A stretch of 63,750 bases of DNA, filler included, from Nemertoderma westbladi (lineage: Eukaryota > Animalia > Xenacoelomorpha): the NCBI GenBank assembly GCA_032718475.1. It is 3 parts of 3 records of this genome, joined end to end, with 100 filler letters (N's around TTAATTAATTAA, not from the genome) between each part and the next. Parts side by side here need not be neighbours in the genome. Positions count along the whole stretch, not along the records: positions 38,703 to 63,750 come from JAUCBJ010003964.1; 2 more parts are not named here. The stretch is one strand, 5' to 3'. Both the position numbers and the translations under genes were made by a program. Positions 47,803 to 60,727 of this stretch are shown in pieces. Under the pieces are notes generated by a model, which was not told where the DNA came from, did not search any database, and was given only the letters and a program-made list of their open reading frames with translations. How positions within the stretch are numbered: the stretch's first letter is position 1; every line of letters starts with the position of its first letter.

Positions 47803-50800
47803 GGGGTTTGGTACTGGAAGGAGGTGGGGTTGGTTTGGTACTGTAAGGGGGTGGGGTTGGTTTGGTACTGGAAGGGGGCAGGGTTGGTTTGGTACTGGAA
47901 GGGGGTAGGGTTGGTTTGGTACTGGAAGGGGGTGGGGTTGGTTTGGTACTGGAAGGGGGCAGGGTTGGTTTGGTACTGGAAGGGGACAGGGTTGGTTTGG
48001 TACTGGAAGGGGGCGGGGTTGGATTGGTACTGGAAGGGGGTGGGGTTGGTTTGGTACTGGAAGGGGGCAGGGTTGGTTTGGTACTGAAAGGGGGTGGGGT
48101 TGGTTTGGTTTGGTACTGGAAGGGGGTGGGGTTGGATTGGTACTGGAAGGGGGTGGGGTTAGTTTGGTACTGGAAGGGGGCAGGGTTGGTTTGGTACTGG
48201 AAGGGGGCATGGTTGGTTTGGTACTGGAAGGGGGCGGGGTTGGTTTGGTACTGGAAGGGGGTGAAGTTGGTTTTGTACTGGAAGGGGGTGGGGTTGGTTT
48301 GGTACTGGAAGTGGGTTGGTTTGGTTTGGTACTGGAAGGGGGTGGGGTTGGATTGGTACTGGAAGGGGGTGGGGTTAGTTTGGTACTGGAAGGGGGCAGG
48401 GTTGGTTTGGTACTGGAAGGGGGCATGGTTGGTTTGGTACTGGAAGGGGGCGGGGTTGGTTTGGTACTGGAAGGGGGTGAAGTTGGTTTTGTACTGGAAG
48501 GGGGTGGGGTTGGTTTGGTACTGGAAGGGGGTGGGGTTGGTTTGGAACTGGAAGGGGGGGGGGGGGGGTTGGTTTGGTACTGGAAGGGGGCAGGGTTGGT
48601 TTGGTACTGAAAGGGGGTGGGGTTGGTTTGGTTCTGGAAGGAGGCAGGGTAGGTTTGGTCCTGGAAGGGTACAGGGTTGGTTTGGTACTGGAAGGGGGTG
48701 GGGTAGGTTTGGTACAGGAGGGGCGCAGGGTTGGTTTGGTACTGGAAGGGGGCAGGGTTGGATTGGTACTGGAAGGGGTGGGGTTGGTTTGGTACTGGAG
48801 GGGCGCAGGGTTGGTTTGGTACTGGAAGGGGGTGGATTAGGTTTGGTCCTGGAAGGGGTGGGTTGGATTGGTACTGGAAGGGGGTGGGGTTGGTTTGGTA
48901 CTGGAAGGGGTGGGGTTGGTTGGTTTGGTACTGGAGGGGCGCAGGGTTGGTTTGGTACTGGAAGGGCGCAGGGTTGGTTTTGTACTGGAAGGGGTGGGGT
49001 TAGTTTGGTACTGGAGAGGCGCAGGGTTGGTTTGGTACTAGAAGGGGGCAGGGTTGGTTTGGAACTGGAAGGGGGCGGGGTTGGTTTGGTACTGGAAGGG
49101 GGTGAAGTTGGTTTTATACTGGAAGGGGGTGGGGTTGGTTTGGTACTGGAAGTGGGTGGGGTTGGTTTGGTGCTGGAAGGGGGTGGGGTTGGTTTGGTTC
49201 TGGAAGGAGGCAGGGTAGGTTTGGTCCTGGAAGGGCGCAGGGTTGGTTTGGTACTGGAAGGGGGTGGGGTAGGTTTGGTACTGGAGGGGCGCAGGGTTGG
49301 TTTGGTACTGGAAGGGGGCAGGGTTGGATTGGTACTGGAAGGGGTGGGGTTGGTTTGGTATGGAGGGGCGCAGGGTTGGTTTGGTACTGGAAGGGGGTGG
49401 ATTAGGTTTGGTCCTGGAAGGGGTGGGGTTGGTTTGGTACTGGAAGGAGGCAGGGTTGGTTTGGTACTGGAAGGGGGCGGGGTTGGTTTAGTTCTGGAAG
49501 GAGGCAGGGTAGGTTTGGTCCTGGAAGGGCGCAGGGTTGGTTTGGTACTGGAAGGGGGTGGGGTATGTTTGGTACTAGAGGGGCGCAGGGTTGGTTTGGT
49601 ACTGGAAGGGGGCAGGGTTGGATTGGTACTGGAAGGGGTGGGGTTGGTTTGGTATGGAGGGGCGCAGGGTTGGTTTGGTTCTGGAAGGAGGCAGGGTAGG
49701 TTTGGTCCTGGAAGGGCGCAGGGTTGGTTTGATACCGGAAGGGGGTGGGGTAGGTTTGGTACTGGAGGGGCGCAGGGTTGGTTTGGTACTGGAAGGGGGC
49801 AGGGTTGGATTGGTACTGGAAGGGGTGGGGTTGGTTTGGTATGGAGGGGCGCAGGGTTGGTTTGGTACTGGAAGGGGGTGGATTAGGTTTGGTCCTGGAA
49901 GGGGTGGGGTTGGTTTGGTACTGGAAGGAGGCAGTGTTGGTTTGGTACTGGAAGGGGGCGGGGTTGGTTTGGTACTGGAAGGGGGCAGGGTTGGTTTGGT
50001 ACTGGAAGGGGGTGGGGTAAGTTTGGTCCTGGAAGGGCGCGGGGTTGGTTTGGTCCTGGAAGGGTGCGGGATTGGTTTGGTCCTGGAAGGGTGCGGGGTT
50101 GGTTTGGTACTGAAAGGGGGTGGGGTTGGTTTGGTTCTGGAAGGAGGCAGGGTAGGTTTGGTCCTGGAAGGGCGCAGGGTTGGTTTGGTATTGGAAGGGG
50201 GTGGGGTAGGTTTGGTACTGGAGGGGCGCAGGGTTGGTTTGGTACTGGAAGGGGGCAGGGTTGGATTGGTACTGGAAAGGGTGGGGTTGGTTTGGTACTG
50301 GAGGGGCGCAGGGTTGGTTTGGTACTGGAAGGGGGTGGATTAGGTTTGGTACTGGAAGGGGGTGGGGTTGTTTTGGTACTGGTAGGAGGCAGGGTTGGTT
50401 TGGTACTGGAAGGGGGCGGGGTTGGTTTGGTACTGGAAGGGGGCAGGGTTGGTTTGGCACTGGAAGGGGTGGGGTTGGTTTGGTACTGGAGGGGCGCAGG
50501 GTTGGTTTGGTACTGGAAGGGGGTGGATTAGGTTTGGTCCTGGAAGGGGTGGGGTTGGTTTGGTACTGGGAGGGGTGGGGTTGGATTGGTACTGGAAGGG
50601 GGTGGGGTTGGTTTGGTACTGGAAGGGGTGGGGTTGGTTTGGTACTGGTGGGGCGCAGGGTTGGTTTGGTACTGGAAGGGCGCAGGGTTGGTTTGGTACT
50701 GGAAGGGGGCAGGGTTGGTTTGGTACTGAAAGGGGGTGGGGTTGGTTTGGTTCTGGAAGGAGGCAGGGTAGGTTTGGTCCTGGAAGGGTACAGGGTTGGT

Positions 50801-53800
50801 TTGGTACTGGAAGGGGGTGGGGTAGGTTTGGTACAGGAGGGGCGCAGGGTTGGTTTGGTACTGGAAGGGGGCTGGGTTGGATTGGTACTGGAAGGGGTGG
50901 GGTTGGTTTGGTACTGGAGGGGCGCAGGGTTGGTTTGGTACTGGAAGGGGGTGGATTAGGTTTGGTCCTGGAAGGGGTGGGTTGGATTGGTACTGGAAGG
51001 GGGTGGGGTTGGTTTGGTACTGGAAGGGGTGGGGTTGGTTGGTTTGGTACTGGAGGGGCGCAGGGTTGGTTTGGTACTGGAAGGGCGCAGGGTTGGTTTT
51101 GTACTGGAAGGGGTGCGGTTAGTTTGGTACTGGAGAGGCGCAGGGTTGGTTTGGTACTAGAAGGGGGCAGGGTTGGTTTGGAACTGGAAGGGGGCGGGGT
51201 TGGTTTGGTACTGGAAGGGGGTGAAGTTGGTTTTATACTGGAAGGGGGTGGGGTTGGTTTGGTACTGGAAGTGGGTGGGGTTGGTTTGGTGCTGGAAGGG
51301 GGTGGGGTTGGTTTGGTTCTGGAAGGAGGCAGGGTAGGTTTGGTCCTGGAAGGGCGCAGGGTTGGTTTGGTACTGGAAGGGGGTGGGGTAGGTTTGGTAC
51401 TGGAGGGGCGCAGGGTTGGTTTGGTACTGGAAGGGGGCAGGGTTGGATTGGTACTGGAAGGGGTGGGGTTGGTTTGGTATGGAGGGGCGCAGGGTTGGTT
51501 TGGTACTGGAAGGGGGTGGATTAGGTTTGGTCCTGGAAGGGGTGGGGTTGGTTTGGTACTGGAAGGAGGCAGGGTTGGTTTGGTACTGGAAGGGGGCGGG
51601 GTTGGTTTAGTTCTGGAAGGAGGCAGGGTAGGTTTGGTCCTGGAAGGGCGCAGGGTTGGTTTGGTACTGGAAGGGGGTGGGGTATGTTTGGTACTGGAGG
51701 GGCGCAGGGTTGGTTTGGTACTGGAAGGGGGCAGGGTTGGATTGGTACTGGAAGGGGTGGGGTTGGTTTGGTATGGAGGGGCGCAGGGTTGGTTTGGTTC
51801 TGGAAGGAGGCAGGGTAGGTTTGGTCCTGGAAGGGCGCAGGGTTGGTTTGGTACCGGAAGGGGGTGGGGTAGGTTTGGTACTGGAGGGGCGCAGGGTTGG
51901 TTTGGTACTGGAAGGGGGCAGGGTTGGATTGGTACTGGAAGGGGTGGGGTTGGTTTGGTATGGAGGGGCGCAGGGTTGGTTTGGTACTGGAAGGGGGTGG
52001 ATTAGGTTTGGTCCTGGAAGGGGTGGGGTTGGTTTGGTACTGGAAGGAGGCAGTGTTGGTTTGGTACTGGAAGGGGGCGGGGTTGGTTTGGTACTGGAAG
52101 GGGGCAGGGTTGATTTGGTACTGGAAGGGGGTGGGGTAAGTTTGGTCCTGGAAGGGCGCGGGGTTGGTTTGGTCCTGGAAGGGTGCGGGATTGGTTTGGT
52201 CCTGGAAGGGTGCGGGGTTGGTTTGGTACTGAAAGGGGGTGGGGTTGGTTTGGTTCTGGAAGGAGGCAGGGTAGGTTTGGTCCTGGAAGGGCGCAGGGTT
52301 GGTTTGGTATTGGAAGGGGGTGGGGTAGGTTTGGTACTGGAGGGGCGCAGGGTTGGTTTGGTACTGGAAGGGGGCAGGGTTGGATTGGTACTGGAAAGGG
52401 TGGGGTTGGTTTGGTACTGGAGGGGCGCAGGGTTGGTTTGGTACTGGAAGGGGGTGGATTAGGTTTGGTACTGGAAGGGGGTGGGGTTGTTTTGGTACTG
52501 GTAGGAGGCAGGGTTGGTTTGGTACTGGAAGGGGGCGGGGTTGGTTTGGTACTGGAAGGGGGCAGGGTTGGTTTGGCACTGGAAGGGGTGGGGTTGGTTT
52601 GGTACTGGAGGAGCGCAGGGTTGGTTTGGTACTGGAAGGGGGTGGATTAGGTTTGGTCCTGGAAGGGGTGGGGTTGGTTTGGTACTGGGAGGGGTGGGGT
52701 TGGATTGGTACTGGAAGGGGGTGGGGTTGGTTTGGTACTGGAAGGGGTGGGGTTGGTTTGGTACTGGTGGGGCGCAGGGTTGGTTTGGTACTGGAAGGGC
52801 GCAGGGTTGGTTTTGTACTGGAAGGGGTGGGGTTGGTTTGGTACTGGAGAGGCGCAGGGTTGGTTTGGTACTAGAAGGGGGTGGGGTAGGTTTGGAACAG
52901 GAAGGGCGCAGGGTTGGTTTGGTTGTGGTAGGGGGCAGGGTTGGTTTGGTACTAGAAGGGGGCGGGGTTGGTTTGGTTCTGGAAGGGGGTGGGGTAGGTT
53001 TGGTCCTGGAAGAGCGCGGGGCCGGTTTGGTACTGGAAGGGGTGGGGTTGGTTTGGTACTGGAAGGGGGTGGGGTAGGTTTGGTCGTGTAAGGGCGCAGG
53101 GTTGGTTTGGTACTGGAAGGGGTGGAGGAAGGTTTGGTACTGGAAGGAGGCTGGAAGGAGGCAGGGTAGGTTTGGTACTGGAAGGGGGCAGGGCAGGTTT
53201 GGTACTGGAAGGAAGCAGGGTTGGTTTGGTACTGGAAGGAGGCAGGGTAGGTTTGGTACTGGAAGGGGGCAGGGTTGGTTTGGTACTGGAAGGAGGTGGG
53301 GTTGGTTTGGTACTGGAAGGGCGCAGGGTTGGTTTGGCCCTGGAAGGGCGCAAGGTTGGTTTGGTACTGGAAGGGGGTAGGGTTGGTTTGGTACTGGAGG
53401 GGGGTGGGGTAGGTTTGGTACTGGAAGGGGGCGGGGTGGGTTTAATACATGAAGGGGGCGGCGTGTGTTTGATACTGGAAGGTTGGTAGATTTGGTACTG
53501 GAAGGGGGGTAGTTTTGTAGGGGGCGGGGTAAGATTGGTACTGGTAGGGGGCGGAGTAGGTTTGGTATTAGCAGGGGTGGGGTTGGTTTGGTACCGGAAG
53601 GGGGTGGGGTTGGTTTGGTACTGGAAGGGGGTAGGGTTGGTTTGGTACTGGAAGGTGGTGGGGATGGTTTGGAACTGGAAGGGGGTGGGGTTGGTTTGGT
53701 ACTGGAAAGGGGTGGGGTTGGTTTGGTACTGGAAGGAGGCAGGGTAGGTTTGGTACTGGAAAGGGGCAGGGTTGGTTTGGTACTGGAAGGAGGTGGGGTT

Positions 53801-55085
53801 GGTTTGGTACTGGAAGGGCGCAGGGTTGGTTTGGTACTGGAAGGGCGCAGAGTTGGTTTGGTACTGGAAGGTGGTGGGGATGGTTTGGCACTAGAAGGGG
53901 GCGGGGTGGGTTTAATACATGAAGGGGGCGGGGTGTATTTGATGCTGGAAGGTGGGTAGATTTGGTACTGGAAGGGGGGTAGATTTGTAGGGGGCGGGGT
54001 AGGATTGGTACTGGTGGGGGGCGGAGTAGGTTCGGTACTGGATGGAGGCGCGGTAGGTTTGGTACTGGAAGAGGGGTAGAATTGGTACTGGAAGGAGGTG
54101 GGGATGGTTTGGAACTGGAAGGGTGTGGGGTTGGTTTGGTCCTGGAGGGGGGCGGGGTAGGTTTGGCACTAGAACGGGGCGGGGTGGGTTTGGTACTAGA
54201 AGGGGGCGGGGTGTGTTTGATACTGGAAGGTGGGTAGATTTGGTACTGGAAGGAGGGTAGATTTGTAGGGGGCGGGGTAGGATTGGTACTGGTAGGGGGC
54301 GGAGTAGGTTTGGTATTGGAAGGGGGCGGGGTAAGTTTGGTACTGGAAGGGGGGTCGATTTGGTACTGGAAAGGGGGTAGATTTGTTGGGGGTGGGGTAG
54401 GATTGGTACTGGTAGGGGGCGGAGTAGGTTCTGTACTGGAAGGAGGCGCGGTATGTTTGGTACTGGAAGAGGGGTGGATTTGGTACTGGAAGGGGGGGTA
54501 GATTTGTAGGGGTTGGGGTAGGATTGGTATTGGTAGGGGGCGGAGTAGGTTTGGTATTGGAAGGGGGCGGGGTAGGTTTGGTACTGGAAGAGGGGTGGAT
54601 TTGGTACTGGAAGGGGGGTAGATTTGTAGGGGTTGGGGTAGGATTGGTACTGGTAGGGGGCGGAGTAGGTTTGGTATTGGAAGGGGGCGGGGTAAGTTTG
54701 GTACTGGAAGGTGGGTCGATTTGGTACTGGAAAGGGGGTAGATTTGTTGGGGTTGGGGTAGGATTGGTATTGGTAGGGGGCGGAGTAGGTTTGGTATTGG
54801 AAGGGGGCGGGGTAGGTTTGGTACTGGAAGAGGGGTGGATTTGGTACTGGAAGGGGGGTAGATTTGTAGGGGTTGGGGTAGGATTGGTATTGGTAGGGGG
54901 CGGAGTAGGTTTGGTATTGGAAGGGGGCGGGGTAGGTTTGGTACTGGAAGAGGGGTGGATTTGGTACTGGAAAGGGGGTTGATTTGTAGGGGGTGGGGTA
55001 GGATTGGTACTGGTAGGGGGCGGAGTAGGTTCGGTACTGGGAGGGGGCGGGGTAGATTTGGTACTGGAGGGGCGGGGTAGGTTTA
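47803..55085. repeat. G-rich ~27-bp minisatellite (ggttggtttggtactggaagggggtgg) with higher-order structure
   Basis: About 7.3 kb of tandem units; a 2119-bp internal duplication; changes to a ~120-bp higher-order unit after ~53.9 kb. Confidence 0.97.
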
Positions 55086-55334
55086 GAAAAGGTTTAGAAA
55101 TTAATTTGTTCACTTAAACTAATTTTATGTTATTATCCCCTAACTTTATTTATAATTTTTCGTGTGACGTTGTGTTGTGGTAACACGATAGATGCAATTA
55201 AATACGGAAAGCAACTGTTGGATCCCAAATGTCCCTACTTGGTTTCTCGAGGGAAAATTATTCTTCAAGGGAGGCACGTTGTGATAATCCAGAGGGCGAG
55301 GAGATCGAATACTGCAAGCGGGTGTTAACGGAGG

Positions 55335-58017
55335 CTCAACTACCGGTACTCAACTACCGGTACTCAACTACCGGTACTCAACTACCGGTACTCAACTACC
55401 GGTACTCAACTACCGGTACTCAACTACCGGTACTCAACTACCGGTACTCAACTACCGGTACTCAACTACCGGTACTCAACTACCGGTACTAAATTACCGG
55501 TACTCAACTACCGGTAGTAAATTACCGGTACTCAACTACCGGTAGTAAATTACCGGTACTCAACTACCGGTACTCAACTACCGGTACTAAATTACCGGTA
55601 CTCAACTACCGGTACTCAACTACCGGTACTAAATTACCGGTACTCAACTACCGGTACTCAACTACCGGTACTAAATTACCGGTACTCAACTACCGGTAGT
55701 AAATTACCGGTACTCAACTACCGGTACTCAACTACCGGTACTAAATTACCGGTACTCAACTACCGGTACTCAACTACCGGTACTAAATTACCGGTACTCA
55801 ACTACCGGTACTCAACTACCGGTACTCAACTACCGGTACTCAACTACCGGTACTCAACTACCGGTACTCAACTACCGGTACTCAACTACCGGTACTCAAC
55901 TACCGGTACTCAACTACCGGTACTCAACTACCGGTACTCAACTACCTGTACTCAACTACCGGTACTCAACTACCGGTACTCAACTACCGGTACTCAACTA
56001 CCGGTACTCAACTACCGGTACTCAACTACCGGTACTCAACTACCGGTACTCAACTACCGGTACTCAACTACCGGTACTAAATTACCGGTACTCAACTACC
56101 GGTACTCAACTACCGGTACTCAACGACCGGTACTAAATTACCGGTACTCAACTACCGGTACTCAACTACCGGTACTCAACTACCGGTACTCAACTACCGG
56201 TACTCAACTACCGGTACTCAACTACCGGTACTCAACTACCGGTACTCAACTACCGGTACTCAACTACCGGTACTCAACTACCGGTACTCAACTACCGGTA
56301 CTCAACTACCGGTACTCAACTACCGGTACTCAACTACCGGTACTCAACTACCGGTACTAAATTACCGGTACTCAACTACCGGTACTCAACTACCGGTACT
56401 AAATTACCGGTACTCAACTACCGGTAGTAAATTACCGGTACTCAACTACCGGTACTCAACTACCGGTACTAAATTACCGGTACTCAACTACCGGTACTCA
56501 ACTACCGGTACTAAATTACCGGTACTCAACTACCGGTACTCAACTACCGGTACTCAACTACCGGTACTCAACTACCGGTACTCAACTACCGGTACTCAAC
56601 TACCGGTACTCAACTACCGGTACTCAACTACCGGTACTCAACTACCGGTACTCAACTACCGGTACTCAACTACCTGTACTCAACTACCGGTACTCAACTA
56701 CCGGTACTCAACTACCGGTACTCAACTACCGGTACTCAACTACCGGTACTCAACTACCGGTACTCAACTACCGGTACTCAACTACCGGTACTCAACTACC
56801 GGTACTAAATTACCGGTACTCAACTACCGGTACTCAACTACCGGTACTCAACTACCGGTACTAAATTACCGGTACTCAACTACCGGTACTCAACTACCGG
56901 TACTCAACTACCGGTACTCAACTACCGGTACTCAACTACCGGTACTCAACTACCGGTACTCAACTACCGGTACTCAACTACCGGTACTCAACTACCGGTA
57001 CTCAACTACCGGTACTCAACTACCGGTACTCAACTACCGGTACTCAACTACCGGTACTCAACTACCGGTACTCAACTACCGGTACTAAATTACCGGTACT
57101 CAACTACCGGTACTCAACTACCGGTACTCAACTACCGGTACTAAATTACCGGTACTCAACTACCGGTACTCAACTACCGGTACTCAACTACCGGTACTCA
57201 ACTACCGGTACTCAACTACCGGTACTAAATTACCGGTACTCAACTACCGGTACTCAACTACCGGTACTAAATTACCGGTACTCATCTACCGGTACTCAAC
57301 TACCGGTACTCAACTACCGGTACTCAACTACCGGTACTCAACTACCGGAACTCAACTACCGGTACTCAACTAGCTGTACTCAACTACCGGTACTAAATTA
57401 CCGGTACTCAACTACCGGTACTCAACTACCGGTACTCAACTACCGGTACTCAACTACCGGTACTCAACTACCGGTACTCAACTACCGGTACTAAATTACC
57501 GGTACTCAACTACCGGTACTCAACTACCGGTACTAAATTACCGGTACTCAACTACCGGTACTAAACTACCGGTACTCAACTACCGGTACTCAACTACCGC
57601 TACTCAACTACCGCTACTCAACTACCGATACTCAAGTACCGGTACTCAACTACCGGTACTCAACTACCGGTACTCAACTACAGTACCGGTACTCAACTAT
57701 AGTACCGATACTCAACTACAGTACCGGTACTCAAGGGTATTGAACTACAGTACCGGTACTCAACTACCGGTACTCAACTACCGGTACCCAACTACCGGTA
57801 CTCAACTACCAGTACTCAACTACCGGTACTCAACTGCGGGAACTCAACTACCGGTACTCAACTACCGGTACTTAACTACCGGTACTCAACTACCGGTACT
57901 CAACTACCGGTACTCAACTACTGGTACTCAACTACCGGCACTCAACTACCGGTACTCAATAACCGGTACTCAACTACCTGTACTCAATTACCGGTACTCA
58001 ACTACCGGTACTCAACA
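55335..58017. repeat. 14-bp satellite (ctcaactaccggta), ~190 copies
   Basis: Near-perfect array with variant ctaaattaccggta. Confidence 0.97.
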
Positions 58018-60727
58018 ACCATCTCATCTCGTTCAGTTGCTGAGTAAAACCGCTTGTGGTCGCAACTCCTACAAGCATCTCCGTAGTAGACCGTCGCAGT
58101 TTGATTAACTACCAACCGCCGACTTTTTGTATGACTAGCCGTTGGTTGAATACGTTTCACCAATCCATGGCCTACAGCTATGCTGCCGACTACAACGACA
58201 ATAACTGAATTGTATTTGCTCATTCTATTTATTTATTTATATTCTACAGTAGATAGCCATACTACATAACATTGACGATTGACCCGTCCCAGTAACCCTT
58301 TAATTATACTTGTTCGTTTAACATTATTGTATTTTAATATATTAGGACGGATGAGATTGGTGTATTTTGCGTTAATGTAATTATTTTAATAACTCTTGTC
58401 AATAAATATATAATATACACAATATGGGGTCTTTTGTTATCCTGGACCAAGTCTCCTCTTCTTGGGTTATGCGTGCATTAACTATTGCATAGAGATCCAA
58501 TAATGGTGCCCTTGTCAATAATGTAGCCATCGATGACTTTCTTTAATAAAACCTAATAAGTCATAAGATCACATGAATGAATAAGCTAACTGGTGCTGAT
58601 AGGAGCTGCATTGCGGACTGACAGCTACAGTACCACATTACTACCTGGTACAGTTAGTACTGTTGGAGGATCTCAGAACCTTTACATGGCAGTGGAAAAT
58701 GAACACCCGAATAATAAATGTGTTCTAATAGTTAATTTTAATCAACTGTGCCCCACTGGGTTAACCAATGTTGGTGTTTTCATTAATATTGATCATTCTA
58801 CATTCAGTCTTATCAATTACAATTAGTGTTTGTTTACCGTGCAGATAGACTGACTGTCTTATATGATTTCAACATTTGTGGGCTTATCTAGAAATACATA
58901 CTGTATGTAACTACAATGAGAACTAAATAATATATGTATGTTTGCTTATAAATTACATTGATTTATTGTGCAAATAAGTAATAATCATATGTTTGTTGAA
59001 ATATTATAAATAATATAGACATAGAACATATTAATTATTATTGTAACAAACAATAATTTTATTAATTCCTATTCGGATTATTATACACATCAGTAGGTAG
59101 ATATCTAACGGATTTTATGATCAAAGTAATATAGGAATATTATTCAAAACAATTTAATTGTATTTGTACACCCAAAATAAGCTTTCTCTCTCCCTCCCCA
59201 GTTCAAATTCGCATGTACAAAACGCAATCCCATTATTCTTTTCATCACACCCTTTGATCGCAGTAAACCATTATTGTACTGTATAATTTGGATATGTGGT
59301 GTGTCTGATCCAGGATGCGGAATAACACAAATTGAAATTACCGGTACAGTCACTGACTTGTGATACGTATAGCCGGTGTTCAGCTGTTAAACGTCACGGT
59401 TCGGATAGTAATCCATGAATATTATGAGAACGTTGTCAGCTGTCAGTCCCATTTTTTTTGTCACATATAGCAAGCAGTGTACTGTATTTTTAATTTTTTA
59501 AAATAATCGAATTGTACGGCAGAAGAACTCGATTTCATGACAACGGATAAATTGTTAAAATAAGTGTAAACAAGCACGGTGTGGTATGTTCTTGTTGATG
59601 TTCCTTCCAATTTTCAATGTCAGGTAAGTGTATTTTTGGTTGGACGCAACTCCATTCTGCTATTCCATTGGGAAGTCAAGATTTCTTAGCTGTATCCAAT
59701 AAACGGATGCCATATACGGTCCAACGCGAGCTTAAACTGTGGCACTGTCCGCTAAGGGGACACACAAGCAGTGACACACTAAATGGTGTCGTACCCAATG
59801 AGACCATTGATCCGGCTGACCCAACACTCGCTGACGCTTCCAGCCACATTAGCAGTAAGTTTAAGTAAGCGTACCACCTACCGAGGAAGGCCATGGACTT
59901 GTTCTTTCAGAGGTTGCGTGGTCTCATATTCAGGTCTTGCACACGGCCAGTTTGGAATGTTTATACAACATCCAAACTGCGTCAGTCACTCCTATCTTAA
60001 AACCATCCACCGTTTAGCCAATGCACTCTCTTGTTCCTCTTGTAGGAGGAATGTATGTTGGACGTATGAATGTGTTTGAACGTTTTGAGGATTTTTAGAG
60101 CATTGGACGGCCAAAGATGGAAAATACACATGAACGATTGTGCACAACGATACCATGTCAACACTTCGAAAGGAAATCAGTGCCCATGACAACACTTCGA
60201 ATAACGAAAACTAACATTTTTGTAAACTTGTAACTTTTTTATAATTTAATAATTAATATCGTATTTATTCCAAGGTAAAATTAAAGCTAAATATTATATT
60301 ATATGTTTCATGCAGGATTTCATGCTAGTATTAGCATGGGGTAAAACTTTACAATAAAAAGGCGCTCGTCAAACCAATATTTCGAAGTGATGACCATAAA
60401 CCTGCACATCAACATCGTGATACACCGTGGCGAGTCCAATACATGTTAGTATGATGAGTATGATGATGTTAGCATGTATGATGAGAAGCTTCTCCTTAAA
60501 CAAAGTATAATCTATAGGGTTTAAATGCCAATACAGTATCCATTATTGTTAATAGAAATTAGGCGGAATTTGATATTTTGAATCATTACTCAACATTTCC
60601 TATGAACGGTCAACAAAAATCTCAACATCAATATTTAGTCTATTAAAACAGTTAAATACAAAGCAGTTGATTGCTCCATTGTTGATGATAATCAAATTAC
60701 TCTCGCTACATTCTACTATATACGGAA

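Noticed and set aside
47803-55085. Telomeric repeat array
   Set aside because: No tandem TTAGGG or TTAGG units; the period is ~27 bp.
47719-55113. Extensin/mucin-like PPPSSTKPT protein or Gly/Trp-rich proteins
   Set aside because: Mixed 26/27-bp units shift frame constantly, ORFs are open on both strands, and there is no signal peptide or exon structure.
55229-58108. LPVLNYRYSTTGTQ repeat ORFs
   Set aside because: Translation of a 14-bp satellite interrupted by stop-containing variants.
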